Below, piece by piece: positions 60,901-64,000 of a stretch of 64,000 nucleotides of DNA. The notes under the pieces are model-generated. The model had not been told where the DNA came from, did not search any database, and saw only the letters and a list, made by a program, of their open reading frames with translations. The position numbers and the translations under genes were made by a program. The stretch comes from Macrostomum lignano. Its lineage: Eukaryota. The stretch covers positions 124,001-188,000 of the forward strand of contig NIVC01000143.1 of the NCBI GenBank assembly GCA_002269645.1. The letters are read 5' to 3'. The number at the start of each line of letters is the position of its first letter. Within the stretch, counting starts at the first letter, position 1.

Positions 60901-63046
60901 GGTGTCAGGACAAAAGCCAGTCAGGACGGCATTCATACAGAAATGCCTCAGCTGAAGTCTTTGATTATTTTTCTTTCCTTTCGATTTTGCAATCTGCTGC
61001 AGGCACCGACTGCGAGATCAACATTGATGACTGCGCCAGCAAGCCCTGCGCCAACGGCCTGTGCTCAGACTTGGTGAATGACTACAGCTGCAGCTGCTTC
61101 ACAGGCTGGGAGGGCAGAAACTGCAACATCAACCACAACGACTGTCCGACTGGCGCCTGCCTCAATGGCGGCAGGTGCATTGATGGCAACGGCACGTGAG
61201 TTCTCCTTCTTGACTTGGCTCAGCTGCAGGGGGCTTCGGGCATCCGCGGATGCAGCGGGAAGGCGTCAACGCCCATTCCACCAACCCCTGGCGACCACGG
61301 GCAGCTGGTGCTGCGGTTTTGCACAGGGAGATCCTGTGGCTCCGGTGTCTGCAGGATGGTAGCCTATAAGGTAGCTTGCGATATGGTAGAGATTCTCAGG
61401 CCTGAAAGCATCGAAAAGATCCGGGTTGGGCCCAAGGTAGGTGAGCCTGTCCTTTGTAAGGCGGGAATTCACAGGTGAATTGCTCGGCATTCTCAACACT
61501 GGAGAGGCAGAATGGGCTTTCCTTACTGCCGAATATTACCTGTAGGTATCGATATCTGCAGGCAAAACATTTATGACCCGAGAAGACCATGATTACCACC
61601 CTGATTTCCATGCGGTTGAGCTTAATTTTCATTATTAAAGTTACGAGATGGGTACATGTAGTTTCTTGTTTGGATTCTAAATTTTGCTTCTTTATTTTCT
61701 TTACTAGAAACACTTTGGGCATCCGGACTATAAAGCCGAGTTTTCTGATTATTTTTCAGGTTCACCTGCGACTGCACAGACACGGGATTCACAGGTGACA
61801 GGTGCCAAAACATTGATGACTGCGCCAGCAGGCCCTGCGCCAACGGCCTGTGCACGGACCTGGTGCAAAACTACAGCTGCAGCTGCTTCACAGGCTGGGA
61901 GGGTGGGAACTGCTCAGTGGACACTGACTACTGCCTGTCAGGGCCCTGTCAGAACGGCGGCGTCTGCAGTGACGGAAACTCCACGTGAGTTTTTTGAGGT
62001 TGCATTTTTTTACAATTGATCACATTGCATGGCTAGATTTGTAGAGTCTCTGATTCAGATAATGTAGGCAAATGGAGTAAATTTGGCTCAGAAATCCGTC
62101 ACATGTCCAAGCAGCTTTCTTGTCAGCCAGCAACTTATTATGGCAGGGAAAGAGGGGTAGAGTATGAATTTTTATGCAAACACTTTTGAGACTGAGCAGC
62201 CTCAAATAATGGAGCCTTTGAAACGCGACTGACCATCTGAAAGGCTCGATTGGGAAAGGATCTGGAAGATGTCGTTCTGGCGCACCTGCATCCGGGATGG
62301 AATTTTCCTGTCCTCCAACGAGCGCCTGCGCCTGTTGCATTAATGGCAACGGAACGTCAGTTTTTCTTCTTGACTTGACTTACCTGCAGGGATCTTCAGG
62401 CATCCAAATGCAGTTGGAGGCGTCAAAACCCATTTTTTACCTTCGGTAGCAAACTTTCAATTGCAAAAAGTGCTATGCAACCGAGGCTTTAAGGTGCTTC
62501 AATGTAACAACAAATTTTACAACAAAATAAAACAAAACAGTGTAATAATTGTCAGTTCTTCAGTGTAAATACGTTCGTAATCGCATGCGTAATTAAAAAA
62601 AAACAGGTTCACCTGCGACTGCTCTCGCGTCGACTTCCAAGGCGACACCTGCAGCTCCAAGATCGATGACTGCGCGTCGAGCCCGTGCCAGCACGGCGGC
62701 AGCTGCACCGACGGTCTCAGAAACTACACCTGCGACTGCTCTGCCACTGACTTCAACGGATCGAACTGCCAGAGCCGCATTGACGACTGCGCCAGCAACC
62801 CGTGCAGCCACAACGCCACCTGCACTGACGGGCACAGAGACTTCAGCTGCAGCTGCTTCAGCGGCTACTCGGGAAAGACCTGCTCCGATGACGTGCCGGA
62901 CTGCTCGCCGAATCCGTGCCAGTTCGGTGGCGCCTGTCTGGAGCGCAGCAACCAGGCTCTGTATGGAGACTCGCCGCTGCCAGCGCCGTTCAACGGCAGC
63001 TTCAGCTACGCGCTGGCTTCCGGTTTCATCTGCCTCTGCCCCAAGG
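57914..63046 (+). CDS. crb: Crumbs-like receptor copy 2, 5' part (continues beyond window). Exons 57914-58010, 58077-58364, 61003-61195, 61760-61984, 62607-63046
   Basis: Signal peptide MSSELRLPTLILVLTLAWHRASCASV; RTRR furin site; EGF exons highly similar to copy 1 with intact GT-AG sites and phases. Confidence 0.85.
58690..59357 (+). mobile_element. Probable solo LTR, about 668 bp (orientation uncertain)
   Basis: TGT...ACA termini; flanks ACCT/ATCT where paralog copy 1 has a single ATCT at the empty site (about 42789); TATA-like run at about 59157. Confidence 0.55.
59365..60775. repeat. 21-bp minisatellite CCATCCATCATCTCACAGA(T/A)C, expanded
   Basis: Direct inspection. Confidence 0.95.
62309..62440 (+). 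pseudogene. Relic of a further duplicated EGF exon 3' end with its donor and intron
   Basis: tgcattaatggcaacggaac|gtcagtttttcttcttgacttg resembles tgcattgatggcaacggcac|gtgagttctccttcttgacttg at 61178-61216; upstream part degenerate. Confidence 0.6.
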
Positions 63047-63149
63047 GTGAGTTCTGAATACAGCCTGCTCACCATCACATGTAGATTAAACTGCATTGTA
63101 CACCTACAAGTTTGACCACGCGGGAAGTAGGGCGGGTACTTTTTAACTT

Positions 63150-63916
63150 CGCATAGTATTGGCAGCTGCTGCAGCTTGCAGCTCGCGTTTCCCTGAGATC
63201 ACGCTGGCTGCCCTCGCTTTTGCCGACGACATTGCCTTGGTGTGCAGAAACCCCTCAGCCGCTCAGTCATGCTTCAACAGCATCTGTGAGGAAGGCGCAA
63301 GATTAGGCCTCAAAGTGAAAGCCTGCAAGACTGAGATGCTCCACGTCGGGATCAGCGACCCACCTGCTCTCACCCTCCGAAACGGCGACGAAATCTCTTC
63401 CTGCTCGGATTTCCGCTACCTCAGCTCACAAGCTAGGAGAGCTGCTCGGCAGCTGAGTCCCATCTTCAGTACGCCCGTGACTGACCAACTCAAAATCAGG
63501 ATTTTCCAAGCTGCCTTTAAAACCGATTTTCCTTTACGGTTTCGAATCTCGCAACCAGGCTCTCGACGCCACCTTCAGAGCCTTGCTGCGGTTTGCTCTC
63601 AATCTCTGCTACCCTGAAAGGCTGTCAAACCGCGCGCTCGCTGCTCGCTCCGGCGTCCCGCTAGTGAGCTCCCTCCTCAGAACGCGGAGACAGCGACTTC
63701 TCGGCCATGTGATACGCAGCTACGGACGCGGGGAAATGAGCCCACTCGCAGTCATCGTGTTTAATCCGCCATGCAACCAATATAGTCGCGGACATGCGCG
63801 CACTGAGACGCCTCTAAAGACCTTTGCCAGTGACCTTCAGGCCATCCACCTCACCTCGCTTGCGGCCACTTACTGCCCCTCTGAGCTTTTTCGCGAGTTT
63901 GTGAGCGCTAAGAGTC

Positions 63917-64000
<84 letters not shown>
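63150..64000 (+). mobile_element. 5'-truncated RTE-like LINE with (TCTA)n tail, in an intron of crb-like copy 2
   Basis: LAFADDIALV RT catalytic motif; GARLGLKVKACKTEML; DFRYL; RRQRLLGHVIR; frameshifts; (TCTA)n from about 63916. Confidence 0.85.
63916..64000. repeat. (TCTA)n microsatellite, probable LINE tail
   Basis: Directly follows the RTE-like fragment. Confidence 0.93.

Overview
Animal (eukaryotic) genomic DNA with spliced genes, all on the + strand. The style of the repeat load resembles a flatworm such as Macrostomum, but that is unverified inference. (1) About 0.7-38.8 kb holds a divergent teneurin whose 5' end lies outside the window. Recognisable parts are the TM helix, Ig-like region, 8 EGF repeats, Cys-rich/TTR/FN-plug, NHL propeller and YD/RHS shell, in about 16 phase-consistent exons. 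It appears to lack the C-terminal Tox-GHH/TCAP domain, the EGF2 free cysteine and several Cys loops of the NHL domain. (2) About 40.6-50.3 kb and 57.9 kb onward hold two tandem Crumbs-like EGF/laminin-G receptor paralogs. Copy 1 has a lost splice donor, a frameshift, a minisatellite-derived splice donor and a non-Crumbs cytoplasmic tail with two YDVI motifs. Copy 2 runs off the window end. (3) Almost every large intron carries its own micro- or minisatellite. There is also a CORE-type tRNA SINE, RTE-like LINE fragments and a probable solo LTR. Most long ORFs in the supplied track are repeat artefacts. Family assignments come from recalled motifs; no searches were run.
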